Below are positions 18,863 to 27,235 of a stretch of 64,000 nucleotides of DNA, in pieces. The stretch lies in IMG/VR virus record IMGVR_UViG_3300020579_000009, positions 14,748-78,747 of that record; one strand, written 5' to 3'. The DNA is from a virus. The notes beneath the pieces are model-generated. The model was not told the DNA's origin, ran no database searches, and saw only the letters and a program-made list of their open reading frames with translations. Within the stretch, counting starts at the first letter, position 1. The number at the start of each line of letters is the position of its first letter. A program made the position numbers and the translations under genes.

Positions 18863-19207
18863 ATGACGCCGGAAGAACACAAAATCGCTCTAGCGGAGAT
18901 TGAAAGGCTCATGGACGGAGACCCTGCCAAGGACAGTGTGGAAGGCATGCTCTTAGCGCAACTGGCCGAGAAGGTCCAGAAGCACGAAACGGCTGTTTAT
19001 GCCGAAAGACTAGAAATCTGGAGCCGCATCACCAAAGAACCCCTCTTTCAGTTCTTAAAGCACGATCCCGTAGGCCGTACCATCCTATGCCTGTTTGCTA
19101 ACGGCCAAATCTCGCATGGCAAATGCGCGCAGGCCATAACCGAGAAGTTTTGCTTGAATCTTGAACCAGATTTGCCGGAATGGAAGGGCTACGATGTCCA
19201 AGAGTAA
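18863..19207 (+). CDS. Protein with HigA-antitoxin-like N-terminal segment
   Basis: EEHKIALAEIERLMDGDPAKDSVEGMLLAQLAEKVQKHE resembles the HigA N-terminus. Confidence 0.5.
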   Translation: MTPEEHKIALAEIERLMDGDPAKDSVEGMLLAQLAEKVQKHETAVYAERLEIWSRITKEPLFQFLKHDPVGRTILCLFANGQISHGKCAQAITEKFCLNLEPDLPEWKGYDVQE

Positions 19208-19361
19208 TGGAACTATGGGTGTCTACAAGTTCGCGCGCGAAATGCGCTGGAGCGTGGATTGGGTGTACAAGCAGATTCAGGCGGGAAACCTAAAGGCCGT
19301 GAAGGAAGGCCGTAAATGGGCTATCCCTGAAAAAGAGCTGGAGAGATGCCGCGCCAAGTAG
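19194..19361 (+). CDS. Xis/MerR-like winged HTH (HTH_17), copy 1
   Basis: VYKQIQAGNLKAVKEGRKWAIP. Confidence 0.7.
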   Translation: MSKSNGTMGVYKFAREMRWSVDWVYKQIQAGNLKAVKEGRKWAIPEKELERCRAK

Positions 19362-19386
19362 GACCCCAATGTGTGCGATTTAGCCG

Positions 19387-19575
19387 CTAGGCTCGTTCTC
19401 CCGGTGCTGCCCTCAGTTCAGGGCTACGCTCGTACAGTGTCTTGCAACCCATGCAAAGCCACCCATCTGCTATCCAAAATGCCGCTGTGTAGTTGTCGCC
19501 TGGCTCAAAAGGGTCAACGCGCCGCACGTAGGCTCTCCCATGAATATGGCACTCTGGCTCATTCGGCTCGCTCAT
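19387..19575 (-). CDS. Small Cys-containing early protein
   Basis: MSEPNEPECH...CMGC...RAAPGERA. Confidence 0.5.
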   Translation of the reverse strand: MSEPNEPECHIHGRAYVRRVDPFEPGDNYTAAFWIADGWLCMGCKTLYERSPELRAAPGERA

Positions 19576-20036
19576 TCCGTCTCTCCCGGTGCTGCTTTGC
19601 GCCCCGCTTCCCATTCAGAAAAAGTATCGTTTAGCGCGGGGGTTTCATCCCAGCTGAACTCCACGCTCCACATCGGCCACTTGCCATCATCCTGCATTCC
19701 TTCTACAGAATCATTTGTGCCGAAGTCGCGCAAATATCGCAGGAGTAGTTTGCCGTCGTCTGTAAGCCATGCCCAGCCAATCCCCGTTCCATGCTCGACA
19801 AGCCCCCAGCTATCAAGAACTTTCGCGCCGAACTCTACCCAGGAATCGCGCACGTCTTCTGAATCATTGCCAAGCTGGAACTTGTAGAAGCTGCCGTTTT
19901 TATCGTGATTCTCGGCGCGTTCAAGCAAATGCAGAACGGTTTCCCAGTGGGCATCAGTTCCGCAGCCACACAGCCCCATCTTTTCGATTATCCCGCGCAC
20001 CTTCAAGGCATCAGCCCTATTCCAGTTTTCGCTCAC
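19572..20036 (-). CDS. Hypothetical early protein
   Basis: Likely GTG start at 20036 after GGAGAGG; GLCGCG and EHGTGIGWAWLT motifs. Confidence 0.6.
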   Translation of the reverse strand: MSENWNRADALKVRGIIEKMGLCGCGTDAHWETVLHLLERAENHDKNGSFYKFQLGNDSEDVRDSWVEFGAKVLDSWGLVEHGTGIGWAWLTDDGKLLLRYLRDFGTNDSVEGMQDDGKWPMWSVEFSWDETPALNDTFSEWEAGRKAAPGETE

Positions 20037-20073
20037 AATTCCTCTCCCGGTGCTTTTTGCTGCGCCGCGCGAA

Positions 20074-20223
20074 TCACGGCCTACACTTCCACAGTAGTCG
20101 TGCGAAAAAGTAAGCTGTGCCGCCAACGATAGCGATACCGATAACCCCGGCAAGCGCCACAATCAAAGTGCTCGTAACTCGTATCAGCGTGTCCCGCGCT
20201 CTCTCGCTCGACTCTGTGCTCAT
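20074..20223 (-). CDS. Small membrane protein
   Basis: MSTESSERAR plus a TM helix; N-terminus like 62086..62355. Confidence 0.5.
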   Translation of the reverse strand: MSTESSERARDTLIRVTSTLIVALAGVIGIAIVGGTAYFFARLLWKCRP

Positions 20224-20396
20224 GGTTGCACCTTTTTCCTGCTTCCCCATTCTTCGCCAGGATAGCAGTCCCATCGTCGCTCCCTTCCGCGCTCCTCGTG
20301 CCAAAGCCAGAGAATCAAAAGGGTGTCTCGCCGCACGCAGAGTTCTTAGCCCAAGCCGTGCAACCTGTTAGCGTCACTCCGCGCGAGACACCCATC

Positions 20397-20579
20397 TCAT
20401 TTTCCGACTTGAATCTCATCTTGAATCCTCATGTAAAGTTTGTAACTCAGAAGCACCGCCACGGGTTCATCGCCATCTTGAATCACGAATAGTTCATCGT
20501 CCAATTCTCGCAGCGTATCGGCATTGAAATGGCGCAGCTTTGTTATCCCGACGTGCTTAACGCGCTCGTCTATGTACAT
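20397..20579 (-). CDS. Phd/YefM antitoxin-like small protein
   Basis: VGITKLR...FVIQDGDEPVAVLLSYKLY matches the Phd DNA-binding domain pattern. Confidence 0.55.
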   Translation of the reverse strand: MYIDERVKHVGITKLRHFNADTLRELDDELFVIQDGDEPVAVLLSYKLYMRIQDEIQVGK

Positions 20580-21415
20580 CGTTTCCCTCGCTTGCCTGCT
20601 GGCTCCGTGGCGCTGCGCTCCTGGCTGGCGGCGAGGGGTGCTTTGATGGAATCCAGTCCAGCATCCACGCGTGGATTTGTCCGACAAAGAATGTTCTTGG
20701 CTTCTGGGTGCTCGCTGGCGAATATCGCTTCAAGCCAATCGCTTGCGTGCTGTAACGCCGCTCGCAGTTCCGTGGATTCGCCTGCCGCCGCGACGTTGTT
20801 GCCCCTTCGCCAGCCAAGTGAGTAAGCCTCGGAAGCCGTTAATCCGCAAATGTGCTCACCGTCAACTATTTCCAGTATCGCGCTACAGACCTTGCACACT
20901 ACGGGCGGCGCTGCCTCGGCCCCCGGCTTAACCAGCGTCAGGTCAGGACGAAACTTGCGAGCCTCCTTAGCTGATTCGTTCAGTGGCGTAGTTGGCTCCT
21001 GTTTGCCCTCGACGGGCGGGGCGGCGCTGTCATGGAATACATCAAAGCAACGCGCTCCAACACCGCTCAATGGCATCGGACTTTCCTTTGTTCCCTTGCA
21101 ATGGGGGCAACGGGCTGGCGCTGGCGGCTCCTGTTTGCTGGAGAGAGCGGCGTTCCAGGCTGTTCGAGCTAAGTCTTTGGGCACATGAGATTTTCCATTG
21201 TCCACGATTTTTGCCCACCATTCTTCAAACGTTCGCGTCCCCGGCTCCCGCAGGGCTTCGCGCACGACCCCTTCTAGTTCATCGGCGCAAAGAGTAACCA
21301 TCCATCGAGCGCCGTGTGTCTGCATATCGCTTGTGCCCACACGCACTTTCCCTTCGCGCCACTTCGCAATCAGTTCCCGCAACGTGCGCTCTACATCCAT
21401 TGGCTTGTCGGTCAT
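20570..21415 (-). CDS. Modular mosaic early protein (linker-cassette type), copy 1
   Basis: Shares only linker peptides with 62664..63626. Confidence 0.75.
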   Translation of the reverse strand: MTDKPMDVERTLRELIAKWREGKVRVGTSDMQTHGARWMVTLCADELEGVVREALREPGTRTFEEWWAKIVDNGKSHVPKDLARTAWNAALSSKQEPPAPARCPHCKGTKESPMPLSGVGARCFDVFHDSAAPPVEGKQEPTTPLNESAKEARKFRPDLTLVKPGAEAAPPVVCKVCSAILEIVDGEHICGLTASEAYSLGWRRGNNVAAAGESTELRAALQHASDWLEAIFASEHPEAKNILCRTNPRVDAGLDSIKAPLAASQERSATEPAGKRGKRCT

Positions 21416-21816
21416 GCGATTCCCCTAACTTTGCAACAATCCAGCTTTGGTTTCAGCCGGTCTCCATCTAATTCTCGCGCAATCTGACGGTCGATGCGCT
21501 TCCGTAGGTTGACGTGCGCTCCTGTTGGCCTGTAGCCATTCTGAATCAGGTCGTTGCGCTCCAGTAGCGTGTAGCAGCGATGCGTCCATGAACAATGCCG
21601 AATCGCAAAGAAAACGTGAACGCGACTACGGCCCTGACTCACACGGCGCACGACTCGAAGCGTCCCAGAGCGCGAACGTAGAACGTCTCCAGCCCTGACT
21701 TTCCATATCCAGGAGAATCCGCGCTGTTTGTCGCTCTCCATTTTCATACGCTTTGTGCGCTCAATGTACCAATCGTCGCTCGTGGCTACATCCATTGGCT
21801 CCTCCGATGTCGTCAT
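21412..21816 (-). CDS. Hypothetical basic protein
   Basis: Start MTTSEEPMDV shared with 63623..63838; body unrelated. Confidence 0.6.
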   Translation of the reverse strand: MTTSEEPMDVATSDDWYIERTKRMKMESDKQRGFSWIWKVRAGDVLRSRSGTLRVVRRVSQGRSRVHVFFAIRHCSWTHRCYTLLERNDLIQNGYRPTGAHVNLRKRIDRQIARELDGDRLKPKLDCCKVRGIA

Positions 21817-22337
21817 GGCTGCGATGTCTCCTTCCAAAATGGTATCGGCTTTGCATCCTTCGGCAGATAGAGCGGATGACGCGGCGAGCCATCTTTGTTC
21901 CTGCCAAAACATTTGAAGTCCGTCCGCAGAATTTGTGAAAACTTTACGATTACTTTCTCATCCCGCTTTAGATAATGGCCGTGCTTTCCCCACGCCGCGA
22001 TGATGATTCCAGCTTCTCTAGCCGAATCCTCAATCCATGTATCGTTGTCTGGGCCTATCGGGTCTTTCGCTGCCATCATCTCTTTGGGATTGGTCGCCCG
22101 AAACGCAAACAGATTCGTCATGCACAACGCTCCGTAGCCCCACGCATTAGCGAAGCCTACGCAGCGACGAATCGTAGGGTCGTCTTGGATTTCATCAGCG
22201 GTAGACGGGTTCAGCCCCACAAACATCGCATAGGCTCGCTTGCGCCCGAATCCTTGACGCTCCTCTCCGTCAAGCATCGGCCAGTCGCGCCAAAGCGTAT
22301 AGCGATAAACTCTATCCTCGCTGAGAATTGCGCTCAC
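21813..22337 (-). CDS. DUF1643 family protein
   Basis: FVGLNPSTAD...DDPTIRRC...NLFAFRAT...AAWG...PRHPLY. Confidence 0.85.
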   Translation of the reverse strand: MSAILSEDRVYRYTLWRDWPMLDGEERQGFGRKRAYAMFVGLNPSTADEIQDDPTIRRCVGFANAWGYGALCMTNLFAFRATNPKEMMAAKDPIGPDNDTWIEDSAREAGIIIAAWGKHGHYLKRDEKVIVKFSQILRTDFKCFGRNKDGSPRHPLYLPKDAKPIPFWKETSQP

Positions 22338-22565
22338 CCTCTGCTCCCCGCTCTCACTTTGAACCTTTAGCTGGATTGCACCAGCAAACAGCTATGGCAT
22401 GAGTATCGTCAAGGTTTAGAACGTGATTTTTGCTTTCACAGCTTGGGCAATAAGGAATAGAAGTTCCTTCCCTTGCTTCCAACTCTCCCCCGCATTCGCG
22501 ACAATGCAATTTAATTGTTCTCCGTTCCATTGTTCTGCTCCCCGCTCTCTTGGTAGTAGGATGGG

Positions 22566-22826
22566 TCACGGGCGTAGCCTCACTTCTTTTTTGCCGCGCG
22601 TCGTGCGCTGGACTTGCGTGATTGACTCGTAGACGATAAACTTTTTCTCAGCAGAATCTTCTTCTGCGAAGTGAACAGTGTCTCCGTTGAGGAAAAACTG
22701 GCCTCTGCCGATACCACGCTCATCAACAGGGATTTGCCTCATCACTTCGCTGCAAGGCATGCCCTTGCGATAAATCAGCACTCGCGCAACCATGCCGATA
22801 GTCGGTTTAGTCCGTCGCTCGCTCAT
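22566..22826 (-). CDS. Hypothetical protein
   Basis: Likely start MSERRTKP with ATGA coupling. Confidence 0.5.
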   Translation of the reverse strand: MSERRTKPTIGMVARVLIYRKGMPCSEVMRQIPVDERGIGRGQFFLNGDTVHFAEEDSAEKKFIVYESITQVQRTTRGKKEVRLRP

Positions 22827-23257
22827 TTCTGTCTCCCACGCGGTTTGCGCTTGGTGCTGGGCTTCGCGCCTAAAGTCCCCGCCTGTGCATCTCTTGCTGC
22901 TCGCGCCATACAACATAAAATCATTTCCCGGTAGAACATCGGAGGCGTCCCCTTGTGTCCTTCTCCTGCTTCGCCGTGCATGCAAGGAAGCTCTCGGAGC
23001 GTTTCCCCTATCTCGAATATGATTCCTTCGCCCATGTCCTTGTTGACCTTCTCGCACCATTGTTTCTCCGCAAATTCTTCCAACTTCGCCAGCACAGTCC
23101 CATGCGCCAAGTCTGCCTTGAGCTGATTCTTGCCTTGCTCCACCTGTATCGCCGTCAGCTTCGTCTCCAGCGCATTAATCCCTGCCAGCAACTTGCCTTG
23201 CGATTCGGCCACGCTCTTCAGCAATACCGCATGCGTCTTGTGCCATTCCTCGCTCAT
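22823..23257 (-). CDS. Hypothetical coiled-coil protein
   Basis: Likely start MSEEWHK overlapping the upstream stop. Confidence 0.55.
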   Translation of the reverse strand: MSEEWHKTHAVLLKSVAESQGKLLAGINALETKLTAIQVEQGKNQLKADLAHGTVLAKLEEFAEKQWCEKVNKDMGEGIIFEIGETLRELPCMHGEAGEGHKGTPPMFYREMILCCMARAARDAQAGTLGAKPSTKRKPRGRQK

Positions 23258-23430
23258 TGTTGCTTCGCCTGCCGTGATTCCAGCTCGCCAATCGGTATCT
23301 GCCACTTGCGGCCTAGCTTCTTTGCCGGGAGTTTGCCCAGATAGATTTGCTGATAGATGTGATTCAGCGACATCCCCGTTGCTCTGGCGAAAGCGTAGAC
23401 GCCCACGTATCCATTGCTATTCTTCGACAT
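23254..23430 (-). CDS. Xis/MerR-like winged HTH, copy 2 (58 aa, not in ORF track)
   Basis: Translated by hand: MSKNSNGYVGVYAFARATGMSLNHIYQQIYLGKLPAKKLGRKWQIP; paralog of 19194..19361. Confidence 0.75.
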   Translation of the reverse strand: MSKNSNGYVGVYAFARATGMSLNHIYQQIYLGKLPAKKLGRKWQIPIGELESRQAKQQ

Positions 23431-23435
23431 CTATT

Positions 23436-23915
23436 TTATCCCCTTGTACTCAATCCCTCTCGAATGTTCGCTGTGTGGTGGATGAATCGCTTTGCGGCTC
23501 CGCCAGTCTTTGGACGGCTGTTGTCCTCCCGCGTGTCTTTGCCGCGATAGGTTCCAAGACGCCCAGACTTCGGCATGGCTTTGAGTTTGTAATCGCCCGG
23601 CTCGAACGATGCGCCACGGTCAAAGGAAACTACTTCCTTGCTGACCGCTTCGGGAACCTTGTAGCGCGTGGCATGCGTTCCTTTGATGACGTAAGCGATC
23701 GAAGCGGAGATGATGACACTCGCTGCGCTCTCTTGCCGCTTCACCGCCGTTGCCATCGCGCATTCCCCGTGATTCTTCTTGACGCTTGTTTTGTAGTCCT
23801 TCTCCGTGACGTTGACGAGCAAATCGTCGTCCGCATCCGTAACTGTTTTAACTTTCGGCGCGAACTTCTGAACCACGCCAAGAGCTACTCGGCCAATCCT
23901 GTTGCGATTCTTCAT
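23436..23915 (-). CDS. Hypothetical protein (TDADD family, copy 2)
   Basis: Paralog of 18242..18721. Confidence 0.75.
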   Translation of the reverse strand: MKNRNRIGRVALGVVQKFAPKVKTVTDADDDLLVNVTEKDYKTSVKKNHGECAMATAVKRQESAASVIISASIAYVIKGTHATRYKVPEAVSKEVVSFDRGASFEPGDYKLKAMPKSGRLGTYRGKDTREDNSRPKTGGAAKRFIHHTANIREGLSTRG

Positions 23916-23939
23916 GTAGCGCCCCCCTTATGAGGGCTG

Positions 23940-24066
23940 GCATACTTCTACTACTACTCGGCCAAACCTGTCAAGGACATAAAGTGTCACTTTAGCGATT
24001 ATCCACAGACACTTTTTGGCTGGTACTTTCGTACTATTGCATAGCCTGTTTTGGTAGTAGTAGTAT
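23940..24066. promoter_or_regulatory. Divergent promoter pair
   Basis: Minus TTGACA at 23974-23969 and plus TTGCAT-18nt-TAGTAT from 24037; both -10 regions overlap GTAGTAGTAG. Confidence 0.55.
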
Positions 24067-24086
24067 GTTGCCAGCGGGAGGCGCAC

Positions 24087-24305
24087 ATGGACGGATTGGA
24101 CTTCATGGCAATCAGTGCTTGGGAACTCGACGAGGAACAGGGCATGCGCGGGTGGCTCTTGTGGCTCAAACAGGCCGAAAAGCTCATGCACAAGCGCACT
24201 CTCGACGGCTGCGAGGATGAGGACGGCTATTCGCTGGACTCCGCGCACGATGCTTTTGAGGCAGAAATCTCACCCGAAGATTACGCAGCAGGGAAACGAG
24301 CCTAG
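24087..24305 (+). CDS. Small acidic hypothetical protein
   Basis: SD GGGAGG; LDGCEDEDGYSLD. Confidence 0.6.
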   Translation: MDGLDFMAISAWELDEEQGMRGWLLWLKQAEKLMHKRTLDGCEDEDGYSLDSAHDAFEAEISPEDYAAGKRA

Positions 24306-24339
24306 TTCGCAGCCCCCTGCACTAGAAAGAGGAGCCGAA

Positions 24340-24624
24340 ATGAAACACTTTCCAGAGAAAATCTACGATATGCGCGGCAACAACAATGGCTTGTATCGCG
24401 TCGCTGTGGTCTGGTGCGCGGTTTGCCGCCAGCAATGGGGCGAAGGCTCTTGGCTAGAGGGCATGAAGGGCTACGACAAGGCCCACCAACCCACCTTCTC
24501 CGAGGGTATGACCCGCTTGAATTCCGTGCTAAAGCGTGTCGCTGAGGCCGCCGTGCCGGATACCGAGCGCGAGGATTACAAAGCCTATGAGCGGTGGCGC
24601 GAAGATAGGGCGGTGCGCGGATGA
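24340..24624 (+). CDS. Hypothetical protein
   Basis: SD AGGAG before MKHFPEK. Confidence 0.55.
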   Translation: MKHFPEKIYDMRGNNNGLYRVAVVWCAVCRQQWGEGSWLEGMKGYDKAHQPTFSEGMTRLNSVLKRVAEAAVPDTEREDYKAYERWREDRAVRG

Positions 24625-25019
24625 TTCACTCCATCCCTTGCCCTGATTGCTCGAAGCGCATGGATTCGTTCCTCTGGTGCGAGCGATGCCTTGGAAGCGG
24701 ACGTATCGCGCTTATCGCCAAGCCCCAGCCCAGCGGGAAAGCCCTGCTACGCGCGGCGGGGATATGGTTTGGCTTTTTTCTGCTTGGTATTTTGCTGGTG
24801 CTGCGGCAGTTGAGGTTGCTCTAATGGACGCCTTCTTTCAAGCGCATGAAGCGTGGATTCTAGTTTTCATAATCGCTGGCAGCGTCAAGTTCGTCTTTGA
24901 CGTATTCGACGTGATGAAGTGGTGGAGCAAAGAATGACCAGCGCGGAAGTGACCTGGAAATCCATCGGCAAGTTCCTGCTCGCGGTCTTGGGGGCTTTGG
25001 CCTATGTCTACGGTCTGCT

Positions 25020-25394
25020 GTGGCTGCGGGGGCTGGGCCAGTGAAAAAGCTCTGCCTGTTATGCAAGAAGCGTTTCTCTGATGGCCTTTTCTGCGCTCAT
25101 TGCACGTTTGAGAAACACATGAAGTCTATGAATCTCACTATCGAACCGGAATTTCTTTTTCACCCGCAACGCAAGTGGCGATGGGACTACATCCTTTCCG
25201 GTCATAGAATCGCCGTGGAAATTCAGGGCCAGATTTGGCACAAAGGCGGTCACACGTCCGGCAAGGGAATGCAGCGCGATATGGACAAGAGAAATGCCGG
25301 AGTCATGCTGGGCTGGCGCGTGCTTACGTTTTCGACTGACGATGTAATCAGAGGCCGCGCAAAAGCGTTTATCTACGAACATCTCTTCACCTAA
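25020..25394 (+). CDS. PD-(D/E)XK endonuclease (DUF559/Vsr-like)
   Basis: EFLFHPQRKWRWDY...AVEIQG...H...RDMDKRN...GWRVL. Confidence 0.75.
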   Translation: MAAGAGPVKKLCLLCKKRFSDGLFCAHCTFEKHMKSMNLTIEPEFLFHPQRKWRWDYILSGHRIAVEIQGQIWHKGGHTSGKGMQRDMDKRNAGVMLGWRVLTFSTDDVIRGRAKAFIYEHLFT

Positions 25395-25407
25395 AAGGAG
25401 CTTTTCA

Positions 25408-26226
25408 ATGGCAAATGAGCAACTGGAAATCCCTAGCGAGAAGCACCGCTTCAGCAACACAAAAGAAGTGCGAGACGAAATCAAGGCTCTTGCCGCGAAT
25501 GGCGAGACGAAAGAGCTTCCTAAGCTGAACCTGCTGCAAAAGCTCGCTGCCATCGTTGCGGAAATCGACAACGTGGACAAGCGCGGGCGCAACGAGTTCC
25601 AAAAATATGCATATGTCAAGGCCACGGATGTCGCTTGGCTTGTCAGGAAAGCCCTGTCCAGCCGGAATATCTACCTGGTGGCCGACGTGGTGGAAGTGCG
25701 GAACTACGAAATCCCTGCTAGGGAAGGCTCCATGCAAGCCGTGGACGTGAAGATGCAGTTCAGCTTCTTTGATGGCGATGTGGTGGATGGCATGCCCGTT
25801 GTGCTCCATGCCTTCGGTACGGGCACCGACAAAGGCGACAAGGCCATCTACAAGGCCATGACCGGCGCTTTGAAGTATGGGCTTCGCCATGCTTTCCTCA
25901 TCCCAGATGAGTCTGACCCCGAAGGCGATGCCAGCGTGGACAAGCTGACCGCCAATGCCAAGAAAGTCGGCGAAGAGAAGGCCAAAGCCATCAAGGAAGG
26001 CAAGAATCCACCTGTCCTTAGCCTCTTCTACATCTGGAACGATGAGAACCAGACGGCTGAGATTGTGGGGGCCGAAGAGCTGAAAACGGCCAACAAGGAC
26101 ATCCTCAAGCAGTTCTGGAGCAATGCGGCAAAGGCCATCATCGTCACCGGTGAGCAGTTGGAAGGGCTGAAGTACCAGTTTGAGCAGCGGGAAGTGCCGT
26201 TTAGCCCATTGAAGGCGAAGGCATGA
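25408..26226 (+). CDS. erf: ERF-family single-strand annealing protein
   Basis: KRGRNEFQKYAY...GTDKGDKAIYKAMTGALKY..F.IP..DPE. Confidence 0.85.
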   Translation: MANEQLEIPSEKHRFSNTKEVRDEIKALAANGETKELPKLNLLQKLAAIVAEIDNVDKRGRNEFQKYAYVKATDVAWLVRKALSSRNIYLVADVVEVRNYEIPAREGSMQAVDVKMQFSFFDGDVVDGMPVVLHAFGTGTDKGDKAIYKAMTGALKYGLRHAFLIPDESDPEGDASVDKLTANAKKVGEEKAKAIKEGKNPPVLSLFYIWNDENQTAEIVGAEELKTANKDILKQFWSNAAKAIIVTGEQLEGLKYQFEQREVPFSPLKAKA

Positions 26227-26368
26227 GATTGCATGGCCAAAGTGTGACGAGCTATAGAGGCAGGAACAACCTCCGGCAATGGCGTAGCAAGAGTGATGAG
26301 CGGGCAGGCATGCCCGTAGCTTCACAAATTGGATGGGAAGTCACACCCTTAGCGCGGGTTCCTGTCCA

Positions 26369-26677
26369 ATGAAATTCTCTGAACTCAAAGCGAACTGGGC
26401 GTGGTTTCTGGAGCATATGCCGGACGATGAGCCTTGCTCGTTCCCGCGCAGAGAGGTCAAGCGCAGAATCGCCAACAAAGAGAAACGGAGCAGGGTTTCC
26501 TTTGCCTGCGACCCGGATACCTACTCCGAGTTCCACCGGGAGCGGGAACGCATCATGCGCGTGCTCGATGAAAACCCCACGCTGTTCGGCCTGTTTATGA
26601 TTAAGTGCTTGGGCCATTGGGATGACATCGACATCGCAGAGTGGAAGAAAGAGCAGGAAGGGCCAGATGAAAGCTGA
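26369..26677 (+). CDS. Hypothetical protein
   Basis: ORF in plus-strand operon. Confidence 0.5.
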   Translation: MKFSELKANWAWFLEHMPDDEPCSFPRREVKRRIANKEKRSRVSFACDPDTYSEFHRERERIMRVLDENPTLFGLFMIKCLGHWDDIDIAEWKKEQEGPDES

Positions 26678-27014
26678 TAGGCAGGCGACGGAAGCCGCTC
26701 GCTTCGAGGACGATAGGAGCTATATTGCGAAGGACGGCAGGCACGTCCTGCGTGGATACGATTGGGACGAACGCAAGCGGGAACTGTTTAAGCGCAGCGG
26801 AGGACGGTGCGAGTTCCTGAACTGTCAGGGCTATCGCTGCTCTGCCGAAGGCGCTATCCCGGCGCACATCATTCCGAGGCACCCGTTGCGCGATGACCGC
26901 TTATCAAATTTGAAGCATTACTGCATCCCGCACGACAAGCAGATGGAGAAACAGGCTTGGCGGAGAATACGGAGCGACAAAGCCGAGAGGATAGCAAATG
27001 GTCAAATACCCTAG
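26667..27014 (+). CDS. HNH-like nuclease
   Basis: RSGGRCE...C...HIIPR...D..SNL..YC..H. Confidence 0.6.
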   Translation: MKADRQATEAARFEDDRSYIAKDGRHVLRGYDWDERKRELFKRSGGRCEFLNCQGYRCSAEGAIPAHIIPRHPLRDDRLSNLKHYCIPHDKQMEKQAWRRIRSDKAERIANGQIP

Positions 27015-27234
27015 AATGAGGCACTTCCGGTCTGGCGATACGAACCACGTGGAAACCTGGTGGAGCAGAACCACGGAGATTGGCGTGGGCGTGGTGCCCG
27101 TCAAGAGCGATAACTTAGAGCCTGTGCGCTTGCCTGTGGGCCTAGAAGTGACCGTGGCTACCATGCTGCGCCATTTGCCGAGCAAGCGCGAGCGGGAAGC
27201 AAAACGCTTTCTCGCCCTCACGGAGCGCAGCTAG
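26998..27234 (+). CDS. Hypothetical protein
   Basis: Overlapping operon ORF. Confidence 0.45.
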   Translation: MVKYPRMRHFRSGDTNHVETWWSRTTEIGVGVVPVKSDNLEPVRLPVGLEVTVATMLRHLPSKREREAKRFLALTERS

Positions 27235-27235
27235 A

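Larger units (their letters stand above)
19582..21819. repeat. Array of ten short linker sequences shared exactly with 61941..63841
   Basis: Exact 22-36 nt matches in the same order (listed in findings). Confidence 0.9.

Noticed and set aside
19582-21819. CRISPR array or integron attC array from the recurring short sequences
   Set aside because: The linkers differ from one another, are unevenly spaced, lie in coding frames and are not palindromic; no cas or integron integrase gene is visible.
19194-23430. Prophage integration module implied by Xis-like genes
   Set aside because: No tyrosine or serine recombinase or att-like repeat was seen in the window; these wHTH proteins are more likely regulators.
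25405-26325. Long antisense ORFs (e.g. 25405..26325 -, 54024..54758 +, 59409..60083 +, 23130..23933 +)
   Set aside because: They shadow well-supported genes on the opposite strand in GC-rich DNA and have no recognisable motifs.
26270-26340. tRNA-like sequence
   Set aside because: No T-arm GTTCRA or cloverleaf could be built.
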